Positions 47,550 through 59,319 are shown, numbered from the stretch's first letter. The stretch: DNA of 64,000 nucleotides from an uncultured bacterium (GCA_963827235.1 CAWHAE010000010.1:224001-288000); one strand, 5' to 3'. The notes: generated from the sequence alone by a model not told the origin. Translations and numbers: made by a program.

Positions 47550-47775
47550 TTGACATGCGGTATATAATCGTTTTGGAGTGGATGTGACGACCTGCCGTCC
47601 TAGAAAGGGCCCGACGCCGAAAGAACCGCGAGCGACACGAGCGCTCCCCTCCTGCTGACGCCTGCTCTTATCTGGCCACCTCTGGACGGCGGCGAGCAAC
47701 TGGTGAACCCGGCCACGAAGGATCTGTCGTGCGCCGGGTTTCGTGTGCTTGGCGCCGGAGAGGCAAGGAGGTGGA
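47550..47775 (+). ncRNA. Unannotated structured non-coding element, copy B
   Basis: Homologous to 38327-38550; TTGACA-N7-TATAAT head, GAGCG/CGCTC stem, ACCCGGC-CACGA/TCGTG-C-GCCGGGT stem, AAGGAGGTG. Confidence 0.55.
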
Positions 47776-48049
47776 TCGTCGCACGCTGGACGAGGGCCCG
47801 CGCTTGTAACAACTATCATCCCCGGACTCTGCGATGTCGCGCAGCCGCGCACTGCCGGCATGCGAGGCGAGATGCTTCCGCGGAGCCGGCGAGAATGGCA
47901 GACCGAGGTGCCGGCCAGCCCGAGCTGCGCCCAAGTTGAACGGCGCGCAGATCAGCCGGAGGTCCAGCGTTGCGCCAGAGCTTCCCATAGGCACGTCACC
48001 TGGCCGGGCCGCGGCCGGCATCCGCAGCGGCGAGGAAGGAACGGAGGAA

Positions 48050-49168
48050 ATGGTCACGGCAGCCGAGGTCACAAGTGTCGCGGACAGTTGGCATACGGGT
48101 CGGGAGAAGAAGATCGACCTGGTATGCGAAGGCGGCGGCGTGCTGGGGATCGGGCTCGTCGGCGCCTACTCGGTGCTGGAGGAGCAAGGCTTTAAGGTAC
48201 AGAACCTGGCAGGCACGTCGGCCGGGGCGATCGTCACGGCACTTGTCGCCGCCGGCTACACCGCCGCCGAGATCAAGAACATAATCTACAGCCTGGATTT
48301 CAGGCAACTGCTGGATCCGGTACCTGTGATGGACTGGCCCCTGGTAGGCGAGGCGCTGCCGATGAAGCTGCTCGCGCTTGTCTCCGCGCACGGGGAATAC
48401 CAGGGCAATGCGTTCGAGCACCTGATGACACGGTATCTGACCGGTAAGCAGATCAGGACCTTCGGCGACCTGATCTACGATAGCGCTGAGCCGAAGACGT
48501 CGGTGTACCGCTACCGTCTGCACGTGATCGCCTCGGACGTCACCGCGCGCCGCCTGCTGCGGCTGCCGCTCGACGCCGGCACGCTGGGCTACGATCCGGA
48601 CGAGCTCCCCGTGGCGAGAGCGGTACGCATGAGCATGAGCATCCCGTTCTTCTTCGTGCCGGTCGTGCAGGCCGATCCGCGAACCGGGCAGAAGCACACG
48701 GTGGTGGATGGCGGCATGCTCTCGAACTTCCCGGTCTGGCTGTTCGACGTGCCGGGCGTTCCCAAGTGGCCCACGTTCGGCGTCAAGCTGGTCGCCGGGG
48801 CGCAGACGGACGAGATCGGATCGACCCTGGCCGCGGTGCCGGTCCTGGACACGATCAGCTACGTCCAGTCGCTGGTCGGCACGATGACAGCATTCCACGA
48901 TCGGCTCTATCTCGACACCCACTCGGCGGCTCGCACGATCGCGGTGCCCACCGGCGCGCTCTCCTCGACCAACTTCGACCTCTCACCCGCGGACAAGGAT
49001 GAGCTGTTCGCAAGCGGGCGAAAGGCGGCCCTGGAGTTCGTCGGGGAGGATGGCAGCCGGTGGCCGTTTGCTGGCTACATCGCCGCGTTCCGGTCGGGCA
49101 AGGAGCGGCCACAGCGACAGCAGCTGATCTTCGACGAGATGCGGCAGGCGGTGGCGAAGCTGAGCTAG
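48050..49168 (+). CDS. Patatin-like phospholipase
   Basis: EGGGVLG, GTSAG (GxSxG), SMSIPFFF, VDGG. Confidence 0.92.
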   Translation: MVTAAEVTSVADSWHTGREKKIDLVCEGGGVLGIGLVGAYSVLEEQGFKVQNLAGTSAGAIVTALVAAGYTAAEIKNIIYSLDFRQLLDPVPVMDWPLVGEALPMKLLALVSAHGEYQGNAFEHLMTRYLTGKQIRTFGDLIYDSAEPKTSVYRYRLHVIASDVTARRLLRLPLDAGTLGYDPDELPVARAVRMSMSIPFFFVPVVQADPRTGQKHTVVDGGMLSNFPVWLFDVPGVPKWPTFGVKLVAGAQTDEIGSTLAAVPVLDTISYVQSLVGTMTAFHDRLYLDTHSAARTIAVPTGALSSTNFDLSPADKDELFASGRKAALEFVGEDGSRWPFAGYIAAFRSGKERPQRQQLIFDEMRQAVAKLS

Positions 49169-49216
49169 ACCTGGCACACGACCGTATCGGCGGCAAACGA
49201 TGCGGAGGAGTCAGTG

Positions 49217-49642
49217 ATGGGCGCACCGACCGTGGACACCAACCGTCGTGCGGGCCGCACGGTGGCTGAGTCTTCGAGAGTACAGGGCGGGGCTGCTGGC
49301 GTGGCGCCGGCAGCGCCGGTAGTGCCACACTCGGTCGCCGGGCACTGGCGAGTGTGGCACACGCACAGGAAGACCGACGTCAAGTCGAAGCCTGACTATC
49401 AACTGTCCCACTGGGATGACCTGTCCCGAGGCGATATGGATGGCAGCTTCGAGCGGTTTTCGCTGACCAGGATCCAGATGTTCAACTTTACCGTCGTCGT
49501 GGTCGGAGCCTCCGTCGCGGCGCAGCTGGCGATGTTGACCGGGAGAGGACAGCCCACGGCGCTGTATTGCAGCATGGTCGCGTTGCTCGTCCTCAGCCAC
49601 GCCGGCTACATCACAGGCAAAGCGGTGCCTGCCAGCACGTAG
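49217..49642 (+). CDS. Small membrane protein, possibly 5'-truncated
   Basis: GGAGGAG RBS; LTRIQMFNFTVVVV and LSHAGYITGK hydrophobic segments. Confidence 0.5.
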   Translation: MGAPTVDTNRRAGRTVAESSRVQGGAAGVAPAAPVVPHSVAGHWRVWHTHRKTDVKSKPDYQLSHWDDLSRGDMDGSFERFSLTRIQMFNFTVVVVGASVAAQLAMLTGRGQPTALYCSMVALLVLSHAGYITGKAVPAST

Positions 49643-49798
49643 ACGAAAGAGCACGCCGCACGGGGGGAAGGACGCGAAGGGAGGTGAAGCAGCGAGAGAA
49701 GCCGCCAAACGCCAAGCCAGGACGAAAGTAGTGGATACCTTCTCGAGGTTTCCAGTGCTCGAGCGCAGACGTAGTGCGTGCAGAATCGAGGACCTACA

Positions 49799-50548
49799 AT
49801 GCCGTATCGTTTTGGAAAGAAGCCTGCACCGGCCGACTGGGCGGACCGTGCTTCAGGCAAGTTCGCTGCTGTCTCCGTCACCCGGCCCCTTCCCACTCCG
49901 CCGTCCACCTACAGCGTGCTGCAAAGGGTGGAGAAGAGCCTCGAGCGTACGGACATTCCCACGCTGTTCCCGATGGACCACAACGACACCGTCGGTGACT
50001 GCACGTGTGCCGGCGTCGCGCATGCGCAAACGGTCTACCGCGGACTCGACTCCGCCCTGTGCATCTGGGGTCCCGACGACGTGGAGAAGTTCTACTTCTC
50101 CATGACAGGTGGGCAGGACACCGGCCTGTACTGTGTGGACGTGCTCCACCACTGGAACCACGAGCCAATCAATGGGGATCGCCTTATCGGGTATGTCGCC
50201 GTCAACCCGGCAAACCACGAGCATGTGCGGCAGGCCATTCAGGTTTTCGGCGGCCTGTACATCGGGTTCATGGTGACGGATCAGTGCATCCAGCAGTTCG
50301 ACGCGCACCTGCCCTGGACACCGGGGAACCTTATCCAGGAGGGGCACTGCGTGTTCGTCACTGACTATGACCAGAACTGCCTGACCTGTCTGACCTGGGG
50401 CGCGACGCAACAAGGCACCTGGGCCTGGTGGGATCAGGGTGTGGATGAAGCGTACGCGCTTGTCCCGCCAGAGGCAGCGGACAAGGAGTTCAGCCCCGGG
50501 TATACGATGGCACAGCTCATCGCCGACATGCAGGCGATCAAGGTGTAA
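49799..50548 (+). CDS. Papain-like (C1/C39-type) cysteine peptidase
   Basis: NDTVGDCTCAG (catalytic Cys), GHCVFV (His), TWG, DEAYAL. Confidence 0.7.
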   Translation: MPYRFGKKPAPADWADRASGKFAAVSVTRPLPTPPSTYSVLQRVEKSLERTDIPTLFPMDHNDTVGDCTCAGVAHAQTVYRGLDSALCIWGPDDVEKFYFSMTGGQDTGLYCVDVLHHWNHEPINGDRLIGYVAVNPANHEHVRQAIQVFGGLYIGFMVTDQCIQQFDAHLPWTPGNLIQEGHCVFVTDYDQNCLTCLTWGATQQGTWAWWDQGVDEAYALVPPEAADKEFSPGYTMAQLIADMQAIKV

Positions 50549-51078
50549 GCCACGAGGCAATACCATCATAATGCCCGCACCTGGCGTGTAGGGCCGGGAA
50601 CAGGATCAGTGCAGGCCAGCCGGTGGCCGGTAGCAAGCAGCGCCTCAGCGCCAAGAGGCACTGTACCGGCCACCGGCGGCAGTGCAATTGGAGCCAGTCG
50701 ACCACGCAGCTAGTCCCGACCCCACAGTAGGCACCTCAATGCCAGCACGACCGAGTCTAAACGGCACCATGCCGCTGCCAGGCGGCAGTAGGCCTGATGG
50801 AGTGCCAGCATGTTGCGGCAGTCAGTTGCCCCTGTCAGGCACGGTCAACTTCCGGCGCTCAACTCGCACTGAGATCTGATGGTCCCATGTCGTCGTCAAC
50901 TCACCGCTTGTGAGCTCTCACCGTCGCCCACCGGCCGACAGGTCGATACAGACGCACGCCCCGACCTGACGGACCGACAGGCGAGTCGAGGCCGAGCATG
51001 CTATGCTGGAAGAAAGCCCGGCACGGCGCCGTTGCCACACGGCAGCGAGAGATTGCTCGCAGGAGGTTGGCGACATCC

Positions 51079-53842
51079 ATGCAACCGTCCGGACAATACC
51101 TGGCGTTTGGCGAGTTCCTGCGCCGCTATCGGGAGACCGCGGGCCTCTCGCAGGAGGTCCTGGCCGAGCGAGCCGGATTGAGTGCGCGTGGGCTTCTCTA
51201 CTTGGAGCGTGGCAAGCACCGGCCGTATCCGGGTACCTTGAGCCGGCTCGCGGAGGCACTTGGGCTTGGGCCCGAAGAGCGCGAGATACTCTCGCAGGCC
51301 ATCCGGCAAGGGAGCACCCCGCTGCCGTCGGGCGTCGAGAAGCCCGTTCCACCCCCTGCAGCCGATCGGGCGTCGGCACAGGCCGCCACACCCTCGGGCG
51401 GCTCACTGCACAATCTCCCCGCGTCCCTGTCCAGCTTCATTGGCCGCGAGCACGCCCAGGCCAGGGTGCATGATCTGCTCACATCCCACCGTTTGGTGAC
51501 GCTGGTCGGCCCGGGCGGTGTGGGGAAGACCCGGCTCGCCCTGGCGGTCGCGGCGGAGGTTGTCGCCGCCTACCCAGCCGGCGTGTGGCTGGTGGAGCTG
51601 GCCCCACTGGCCGACCCCGCGCTGCTGCCTGCCACGGTTGCGCACGCTTTGGGTCTGCACGAGGAGCCGGGCCGCTCAGTCGTGGAGACGCTCCGCGACC
51701 ATTGCAGCGGGAAGCAGATGATCCTGGTGCTGGACAACTGCGAGCACCTCGTGGCAGCCTGCACCGAGCTGGCCGGAACGCTGCTGCGGGCCGCGCCCGA
51801 CCTGCGCATCCTGGCCACCAGCCGGGGCTCGCTTGGCATCGCGGGCGAGCGCTGCTACCAGGTTCCCCCGCTCAGCGTGCCCGATCCCGAGCACTTGCCC
51901 GCACCCGAGCTAGCAACCAGCTACGAGGCGGTGCGGCTGTTTGTCGCCCGTGCCCAGGAACGGCGAGACGGCTTCGCGCTAACCACGGGTAACGCCCGAG
52001 CCGTGGCCGAGATCTGCGCCCGGCTCGACGGTTTGCCTCTGGCGATCGAACTGGCGGCAGCGCGGGCAACCGCGATGAGCGTGGAGATGATCGCCGCCCA
52101 CCTGAACGACCGCTTCCGGCTCTTGACCACCGGCTCGCAGCGACCTCCCCACACGCCAGCGAACCTTGAGGGCGACGCTGGACTGGAGCTGGGACCTGTT
52201 GGACGGGCGGGATCGGACACTGCTCAGTCGATTTTCCGTGTTCGCGGGCGGCTGGACGCCTGAGGCGGCAGACTCCGCGTGCGCGGGCGGGGATCTGGAC
52301 CACTGGGCAGTGGTGGACGGTGTTGATGGGCTTGTCAATCGCTCCCTGGTCGTGATGGACGAGAGCCCGGACGGGGCAGTGCGCTACCGGCTGCTCGAGT
52401 CGGTGCGACAACATGCCGCTGAGCAGCTTCGCGCTCAAGGCGAGGAAAGCGCGACCCGTGACAGACATCTTTCCTACTTTCTTGCGCTAGCCGAGAAGGC
52501 AGAGCCGCAGTTGTCGGGGCCGCAGCAGGGGACGTGGCTCGACAAGCTGGAACACGAGCACGACAACTTGCGCGCCGCCATGGCCTGGAGCCGGGAGAAC
52601 AGAGCGCGGGAGCGCGGGTTACGGCTGGGAGGCGCGTTATGGCGATTCTGGATACTGCGCGGCTATCTGAGCGAAGGACGACGTCAGCTGGACGCGCTGT
52701 TGGGTGAGCACGAGGCGGAGCCGACGGCGGCACGGGCTACGGCCCTCATGGGGGCGGGCGTGCTGGCATACAAGCAGGGCGACAACGAGAGAGCAACGGC
52801 GCTGCTGGAGGAGAGCGTGGCTTTGCATCGGCAGGTGGGGGGGACGGCGGGCATTGCCGCAGCGCTCGGCAACTTGGGCGTTCTGGTGTGGGAGCAGGGC
52901 GAGTATGTGCGGGGAGCGGACTTGTTCGCGGAGGCCTTGGCGCTGCGACGTGAGCTGGGGGACAAACGTGGCATCGCCACCATGCTCAATAACCTCGGAG
53001 GTGTGGCCTACGAGCAGGCCGAGTATGTGCGTGCGGCTGCGCTCTACGAGGAGTGTCTGGCCCTGCTGCGGGACCTGGGCGACAGCTTGGGCATCGCCAC
53101 GGCACTCCACAATCTAGGAAGCGTGGCGCATTTTCAGGGCGCGTATGGCCGGGCGACGGTGTTGCACGAGGAGGGCCTAGCGCGACGCCGGGAGTTGAGT
53201 GACCGCTGGGGCGTCGCCTCCTCGCTGCTCAATCTGGGGAAGGTGGTGCTCGACCAGGGCGACCACAGTCGGGCTGCTGCGTTGTCCGAGGAGTCCCTGG
53301 CGCTCTACCGGGAGCTGGGGGACAAGGGGGGTATCGCCAACTCACTCAATAGCCTGGGAAGCGTGGCGTACACGCTGGGCGACTACGGCCGGGCGGTGGC
53401 CCTGCATCAAGAGAGTCTGACTCTGAAGAAGGAGCAAGGGGACGAGGGCGGCACGGCGGCAGCGCTCAACTCTCTGGGCAGGGCTGTGGCTGCTCTGGGC
53501 GACGCCGGGCGAGCCACGGACTTGCAGACGGAGGCCCTGGTGCTCTGCCGGGCAATTGGCGACAAACGCCTGAGCGCGCTGTGCCTGGAGGCATTGGCTG
53601 GAATTGCCAGCACCCAGGACCAGCCCGAGCGCGCTGCACGGCTGCTTGGAGCCGCCGAGGCCGTGCGCAGCCGCATCGATGCTCCCCTTCCCCTGAACGA
53701 GCGATCGCGCTATGAGCGCCTGGTAGAATCTCTGCGTGTCCAACTGGAAGAAGCGCTGTTTGCGGCGGCATGGGCCGATGGGCAGGAGATGACCCTGGAC
53801 GATGCCATCGCGTTGGCGCTAAGCGGAGAATTGGCCGGCTGA
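51079..53842 (+). pseudogene. XRE-HTH + STAND (NB-ARC-like) ATPase + TPR regulator split by one frameshift near 52138
   Basis: GLSQEVLAERAGLS HTH; GPGGVGKT; LVLDNCEH; LDGLPLAIELAA; frame switch before SDLPTRQRTLRATLDWS; TPR repeats. Confidence 0.85.
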
Positions 53843-54354
53843 GCCGACCGGCGCGTGAGGTCTTGCCAGGGCTGGAAGGTTGACGGGTCCAGTCGTGGCG
53901 ACGACATTTGACTGCCACTGCGATCCAGTTTGGTCAGTTGGTCGCGCAGCAGAACCGTCCCCCCCGCGCTGAACGAAGCGATTGCCTGTGGCGTGCGGCA
54001 ACTCCTATCAGGCGGTGTCTCGATGATAAGCGTGCACGGTACCTCCGAGCACGTCTGGACAACGGATCGGCGGCAGAGTGCTTGGTACGGCCATGCCGTG
54101 CGCGCCGCCTTGATCTCGGTCGTCCAGAGCCCGCTCAGCGCAGGCGCTGGCAGGCGATCGGCACGACGATGCGCAGGGCCAAGGCGCCGACAACCTTGGC
54201 TCAGCAGATACTGCCGGCCAGGGCCAAGCTCTCCGCGCTGCGCTGGACAGTAGCTTGCTCGCCGGCATCGGCGCCTTCCCGACCCACCACCTCAACGCCG
54301 GCAACGTATACGGCTGCCCCTCCCACTAGAACTGATCCGCCGGGTTGGGCCGGA

Positions 54355-56196
54355 TCACTTCACCGTGTAGGTCATCCTGTACTCGAGCGTGTCGCCGTTG
54401 TTGTCGGTCCCGACCACGATGAACTCGCCCTTGCCCGCACTCAGCGGCGAAGAGGTAGCTTCGGTAATAATGAGCGTATTGCCTTTCACCGCCGCGCTGG
54501 CCTGTCCCTCTCCTGTGGGATTGCCTTTGCTGTCCATCATCAAGACGCTGATCTCAAAGTGTGTTCCCGCGGGCAGCGCCGACTTGAAGGTCACCACAAT
54601 CGTCGGGGTTCTGGCAATTGTGCTGCCGGGGAACGGGCTGATGTTCGCAATGCCGGGCATGTCGCCTATCACGACCACCTTCCCGGGTATGGTGCGTGCT
54701 ACCACGGTCGGCGTGGCGCCCGCGGCGGGCGTGCTGTTTGCAGACGGCGCCGCGCTCACGGCGTACGTCCCCTCGTAGAAGACGCTGCCCCCGGTGTCGC
54801 TCGTCGCCCCGACGTACAGCGTGTAGGTGCCTGTATCCAGGACCGTCTTGGAGAAGCGCGTGACGCTGACCGTCTTGCCGTTCACCACTGGGGGCCAGAG
54901 TACGACCACCCCTCCCGGTCCCTTGAGCATGAACGACATGTACGCGTGCGCGGGCAGTGCATGCGCGAAGGTCACAGCGATGGTGCTGGCCGTGGCGAGC
55001 GTGCCACCCGGCGTCATGGAGATCTGCTCGATGCCTGGGATGTCGCCGCTGCCCGGCGCCGGCAGCACGCTGCTCGCGGCCGGCCCTGAGCCGCCCGGGG
55101 AGGAGAGCGCAGGTCCGTACACGGCTACCATGCTCGCGTCGTCGCCGCCGAACGTCGCCCGCAGCGCGCCGTACGCGGCGGTAGCCGTCAGACTCACGGA
55201 GCCCTCGACCGCCGAGCGGGTCAGTTGCTCGCCGACGGTCTTGCTCAGGTCTGCACCGGCGGCGTTGGGATTGACGCAGCGGCCCGGCTCGTTGGCCGTG
55301 TCCGTCTCGGCCGCGGCCGTGAAGCTGAGACGCAGACTACCCAGGGAGCCGCTATAGCTGAGGGTGGTCGCCGCCTGGCCTGCCTTGTTGGTGCCGGTGG
55401 TCAGACCCGCAGACGGCAGCGTATCGGAGGCAAAGTGGCTCGAGCCGGTGAGTCCAAGGGCAGCCGTTCCGGTGGACTGCAGGGTGAAGGTGATCCTACC
55501 CCCCTTTGCCGTCCTCGTGCCCTCCACCAGCAGGCCCTTGTTCGGGCCCAGCGACTTCGCGGCGGTGACACGCGTGAATGCAATGCTCTGGTCCGGGGAT
55601 GCGCTGCTCGCGGGCAGGCTGACATCCTGCCCGCTGTCGAGATTCACCTTGGCGCTGCTGAGCGGGGCGTTCACGGCCCCCTCCCACGGCAGCGAGAGGG
55701 CTAGGCGGCCGGTGGCGCCGGCGACCGCGCGCGTCACGGACCTTGCGGCGGTGCCCAGGCAGGGATCGGCGACAATCGCGAGCTGGGCGGGCTGTGCCGC
55801 ATAGGTCCACTGCACGCTGATGCGGCCGTAGCTGCCCAAATGCTGGCGCGTGTCCAGACCGGCACCATTGCCGGCGATCACCAGGTCGCTCGCCGGCACG
55901 CCGAACGTGAAATTGCTGCCCGAGGTGCTCGCGGCATTCGTGATCGCGAGTGCCAAACGCACCGTCTTGTCGTCGCCGCTGCGGCGCACGTCCAGGCGCA
56001 CGGTGCGGGCAGCTCCCTGGCCCGTGCCGGGGATCGTGCCGGAGAGGGAGGTCGCGAAGTCACTGCCAAGGGAAATCGGCGCGGCGACGTGCGCCATGGC
56101 GCCAGCTGCCTGCACGCTCGCCCGCGCGGGCATCGCGGGACCCGCGATGATGAGCAGCACGAGCGCAGCCACCCGGAGAAATTGTCGGTCACTCAC
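54355..56196 (-). CDS. Large secreted beta-rich protein with two C-terminal Ig-like repeats
   Basis: Signal peptide; repeated D(I/M)PGI..IS..PG.T.A...TI.VTF..ALPA unit; AAGGAG RBS. Confidence 0.7.
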   Translation of the reverse strand: MSDRQFLRVAALVLLIIAGPAMPARASVQAAGAMAHVAAPISLGSDFATSLSGTIPGTGQGAARTVRLDVRRSGDDKTVRLALAITNAASTSGSNFTFGVPASDLVIAGNGAGLDTRQHLGSYGRISVQWTYAAQPAQLAIVADPCLGTAARSVTRAVAGATGRLALSLPWEGAVNAPLSSAKVNLDSGQDVSLPASSASPDQSIAFTRVTAAKSLGPNKGLLVEGTRTAKGGRITFTLQSTGTAALGLTGSSHFASDTLPSAGLTTGTNKAGQAATTLSYSGSLGSLRLSFTAAAETDTANEPGRCVNPNAAGADLSKTVGEQLTRSAVEGSVSLTATAAYGALRATFGGDDASMVAVYGPALSSPGGSGPAASSVLPAPGSGDIPGIEQISMTPGGTLATASTIAVTFAHALPAHAYMSFMLKGPGGVVVLWPPVVNGKTVSVTRFSKTVLDTGTYTLYVGATSDTGGSVFYEGTYAVSAAPSANSTPAAGATPTVVARTIPGKVVVIGDMPGIANISPFPGSTIARTPTIVVTFKSALPAGTHFEISVLMMDSKGNPTGEGQASAAVKGNTLIITEATSSPLSAGKGEFIVVGTDNNGDTLEYRMTYTVK

Positions 56197-56208
56197 GAGC
56201 GGCTCCTT

Positions 56209-57393
56209 TCATGACTTGGGGGGATTCTTGAGCGTAAGCGACCACGACTCGTGGATCGTGGTGGTCATGCCGCCGGAAGTCTTGGGCGGCGGGTCGTAGT
56301 CACCGCTGAGCTTGTACGGGTTCGGATTCTTGGAATCCATCTCACCCGTGATGACCTGCGCCGCGGCATCCCCTTCGCCGGACGTCCCCGGCGGAGTCAG
56401 CTTGTTGACCTTGCCGCACGGCGGCTTGGACCATGACAGGATCTTTCCGACCTCTGTTCCTTGACCGTAGACCGGGCCGCCGCCGGCTATGCTGATCGTG
56501 TATGTCCCGCTGCTCCGATCGACGCCGACGCCCACCTGTGCATCGAAACCGCCCTGGATCTGCCTCGTAGCGTCCCCCTCAGAGGTATAGGTGATGGACT
56601 GCAGCTTACCGTTGCATGAGTCCAGGTCCGGTGTCACCGCATGACTATGGCTATTCCACGTGTATTGATACTTCACCTGCGCGCTTCCGCCGCTGGCGTT
56701 GCCGGTAGATTTGGAGAGGCTGCGCGGCGGGACGAGCGAGACGCTCTCATACAGGTGGCTGGTGATCTTGAGGTCGGTGTCGCCGCCCTTCTGGTCCTCG
56801 ATAATGCTGATGCTCCCAACCCAGTAGGACCGGCAGAGCCCGACCGACAGCTTGTCCACGGCCGCGCCGGCGAGGTCAAGGAAAGCATCCGTCCCCTGGC
56901 CCGTGGCCGTGACCGAGCTCTTGTCGACCACGCTCCCCGTCGTGGTGTCCATCACGCTCACCGTCACCACGGCCACGTCGCCCATCATCGCGTACGACGG
57001 GACGACCACCGTGCTGGTTCCCAGCGCGCCCGCAATGCTCTGCAGCACGTCGGCCTCCTGTTCGGGTGTGGTTGCGCCCAGCAGCTCCTTCTGCTTCTCC
57101 TGACCCAGGACATTCGCCAGGTCCGCGCTGGTAGCGATACTGGCGCATGGGTACTTATTGGCCAGCTCCTGTGCCACGAGGAATTGGATCGCGTCGCTAA
57201 TGGCCTCCTTCTCGGCGGCGGACACTCCGGCGTCTGCCGTCCCGGTGACCGGCGGGATATACACCTGATCGGGACCCGGCGCCGCGTGCACCGGGGCGGG
57301 CCTGCCCCCGGCCGGTGCCCACGGTAGCGTGATGAGGACGAGGACCATGCCTACCAGCAACCGGACCCACCGGCTTCGCGCACGCAGTCTCAT
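56209..57393 (-). CDS. Secreted hypothetical protein
   Basis: GGAGG RBS; signal peptide ending in VHA; co-oriented with the next gene, 12 bp apart. Confidence 0.7.
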   Translation of the reverse strand: MRLRARSRWVRLLVGMVLVLITLPWAPAGGRPAPVHAAPGPDQVYIPPVTGTADAGVSAAEKEAISDAIQFLVAQELANKYPCASIATSADLANVLGQEKQKELLGATTPEQEADVLQSIAGALGTSTVVVPSYAMMGDVAVVTVSVMDTTTGSVVDKSSVTATGQGTDAFLDLAGAAVDKLSVGLCRSYWVGSISIIEDQKGGDTDLKITSHLYESVSLVPPRSLSKSTGNASGGSAQVKYQYTWNSHSHAVTPDLDSCNGKLQSITYTSEGDATRQIQGGFDAQVGVGVDRSSGTYTISIAGGGPVYGQGTEVGKILSWSKPPCGKVNKLTPPGTSGEGDAAAQVITGEMDSKNPNPYKLSGDYDPPPKTSGGMTTTIHESWSLTLKNPPKS

Positions 57394-57658
57394 TGCTCGT
57401 ACCTCCGTGCCATGCGTTCGCGGTCGTCCACGGCGGCAGCCAGGAACATGCGCCGCCTCTCGCGACCAATCCCTGCAACTCGACACCACGAGCATAGCGT
57501 GGCTGAGCCCGCTGCGCAACACATTGCCAATGCACGCAGGCTACTCAAAGCTCTGAACGGCGCGCATTGCCGCCGGTTCGGACCGAGTGCCGGTTGGTCT
57601 CCCTGACGCACCGCGGAAATGTTGCTGCAACCAAGACACTACATGAGCGGTTGGACGG

Positions 57659-58002
57659 GTGTACTGGACCTGGGACGACGACAAGGCGGAGGCCAACGCT
57701 ACATAGCACGGACTCACGTTCGACACGGCCCATTCGACGATCCACTGATCCTCTCCCGACCGGATCCGTATCCGGATGCAGCACGCTGGCAGACCACCGG
57801 TATGATCGGTGGCCTCGTGGTCGTCGTCGTGCACACCTGACCGGATGACGAGGATGAACCGGGGCGGATTATCAGCGCTTAGCGGTTGGATGCCGACGCT
57901 GTGGCTTGGTTCAAGGCACACGCCTCGAAGAGCGAGGGATACCGGACGGCGATCAACGGCGTGCTGCGCGTGTACGTCAGGGAGCAGGCGCGCTCTGCCT
58001 GA
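57659..58002 (+). pseudogene. Decayed BrnT/BrnA toxin-antitoxin pair
   Basis: WTWDDDKAEAN..*HGLTF...FDDP...RWQTTG...VVVVHT*...RIISA fused to RLDADAVAWFK...GYRTAINGVLR.YV. Confidence 0.8.
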
Positions 58003-58192
58003 TCGGCGGCCCGTCTTGAAAAACGGTCATCAGCTCAGAGTGGTGCTCGAGTGCGTCATGGGCGCATTACAGCGTGCACAGCAGCGCCATGCACAGCCAT
58101 CGCGCCGAGAAGACTGCGGGTAATCACCCGGCGCACGTCGTACGCGGTGTTCGCAGTGGCAGGGGCATGGAGCTTGGCTACAGCTTCATGCA

Positions 58193-58221
58193 TTGCAAAT
58201 TACCGCAGCCTCATCTAGTAT
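58193..58221 (+). promoter_or_regulatory. Possible sigma-70 promoter
   Basis: TTGCAA-N17-TAGTAT upstream of 58361. Confidence 0.35.
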
Positions 58222-58360
58222 TATCCCGCCACCGAGGTCAGCCCGGGAGACCCGTCAGTACGTCGTCGGTGCCGGATTTCTGTGGCATATGCGCTTTATG
58301 CCGAGCCTATGAAGAGGGCCAGTACACGCGATTCGCGATCGCCAATGAGGGTAGACAGCG

Positions 58361-58975
58361 GTGACGCTAGAGGCACAGCGACCGGTAGCAGCGAGCAACG
58401 AATCAGCCGTCCCGCGCGCCGGCGATAGCGATCGCGATCGCACGGCAGCTATACTGGCGCAAGCGTATGCGGAAGGCAAGCTGAGCGAGGGCGAGTTGGA
58501 AACACGCACCAACGCATGCTACGCGGCAATCTCGATCGCTGACCTTCAGAGCCTCGTAGTGGACGTGGCTGACAGGTCAGTTGGATCGCAGAGAGTACCC
58601 GCGCCCCCGCGCGTTCGAGTAGGCGCCTGTGCCTGCGACATTGGGGTGATCTTCGCGTTCACCATGGCATGCGGCGGACTGATCACGCTCCTACCCTTCG
58701 CTACCGGGCTCTTCGGCGCCGTGATTCTCATCGCCCCGCTCCTCTATCTCGCAGGAGTGCTGCCTGGAGGCACGCTGGGGCAGCGTGCATTCGGGCTACG
58801 GCTGGTAGAAGGAGACGGAACGCCACTCCGCTTTGGCAGACGCCTCACTCGCGTGATGGTCTGGCTGTGCTGCCTCGTCCTCCTGCCAAGCCTGCTCTGG
58901 ATCATATTTGACCCGCAGCATCAGGGCTGGCACGACAAGCTGGCGGGATCCCTGGTGTTCCAGGCAGCACGGTGA
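58361..58975 (+). CDS. DUF1707 (SHOCT-like) + RDD domain membrane protein
   Basis: RAGDSDRD...LAQAYAEGKL...ELETR; TLGQRAFGLRLV...QGWHDKLAGS. Confidence 0.82.
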   Translation: MTLEAQRPVAASNESAVPRAGDSDRDRTAAILAQAYAEGKLSEGELETRTNACYAAISIADLQSLVVDVADRSVGSQRVPAPPRVRVGACACDIGVIFAFTMACGGLITLLPFATGLFGAVILIAPLLYLAGVLPGGTLGQRAFGLRLVEGDGTPLRFGRRLTRVMVWLCCLVLLPSLLWIIFDPQHQGWHDKLAGSLVFQAAR

Positions 58976-59319
58976 CGCCCCTGGAGTGCTGCCCAGGACT
59001 CGCCTCATCATTATGCAGGCGCCGCGAGAAAGCGTGCCCGGCTCAGCCCACATGCTCGGATGCCGGGCTTCAGTGATTGCCAGGGGCGCGGATTCTTCAC
59101 GCGCCCACCCAAGGTACCGGTGGCCGGCTTTCGCTCTCCGGTAGCCCTCTGCCCAGCGGACGGCCGGATCGACGCCACAGCGGAACACCAGCCAGAGCTG
59201 CAAACCCAGTTCAGGACGAGCCCGCGCGCTCCGCAGTGCTTGCTCGATGCGCCCGCCCAGCGCATGTATCGCGAGCCGCTCATCGAATCGCTCTGGCCGG
59301 AGGGGACTCCGCCACCCAT

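Noticed and set aside
50726-50810. Imperfect repeats cagtaggc...tgccagca upstream of the STAND regulator
   Set aside because: Short and gapped; could be chance in GC-rich DNA
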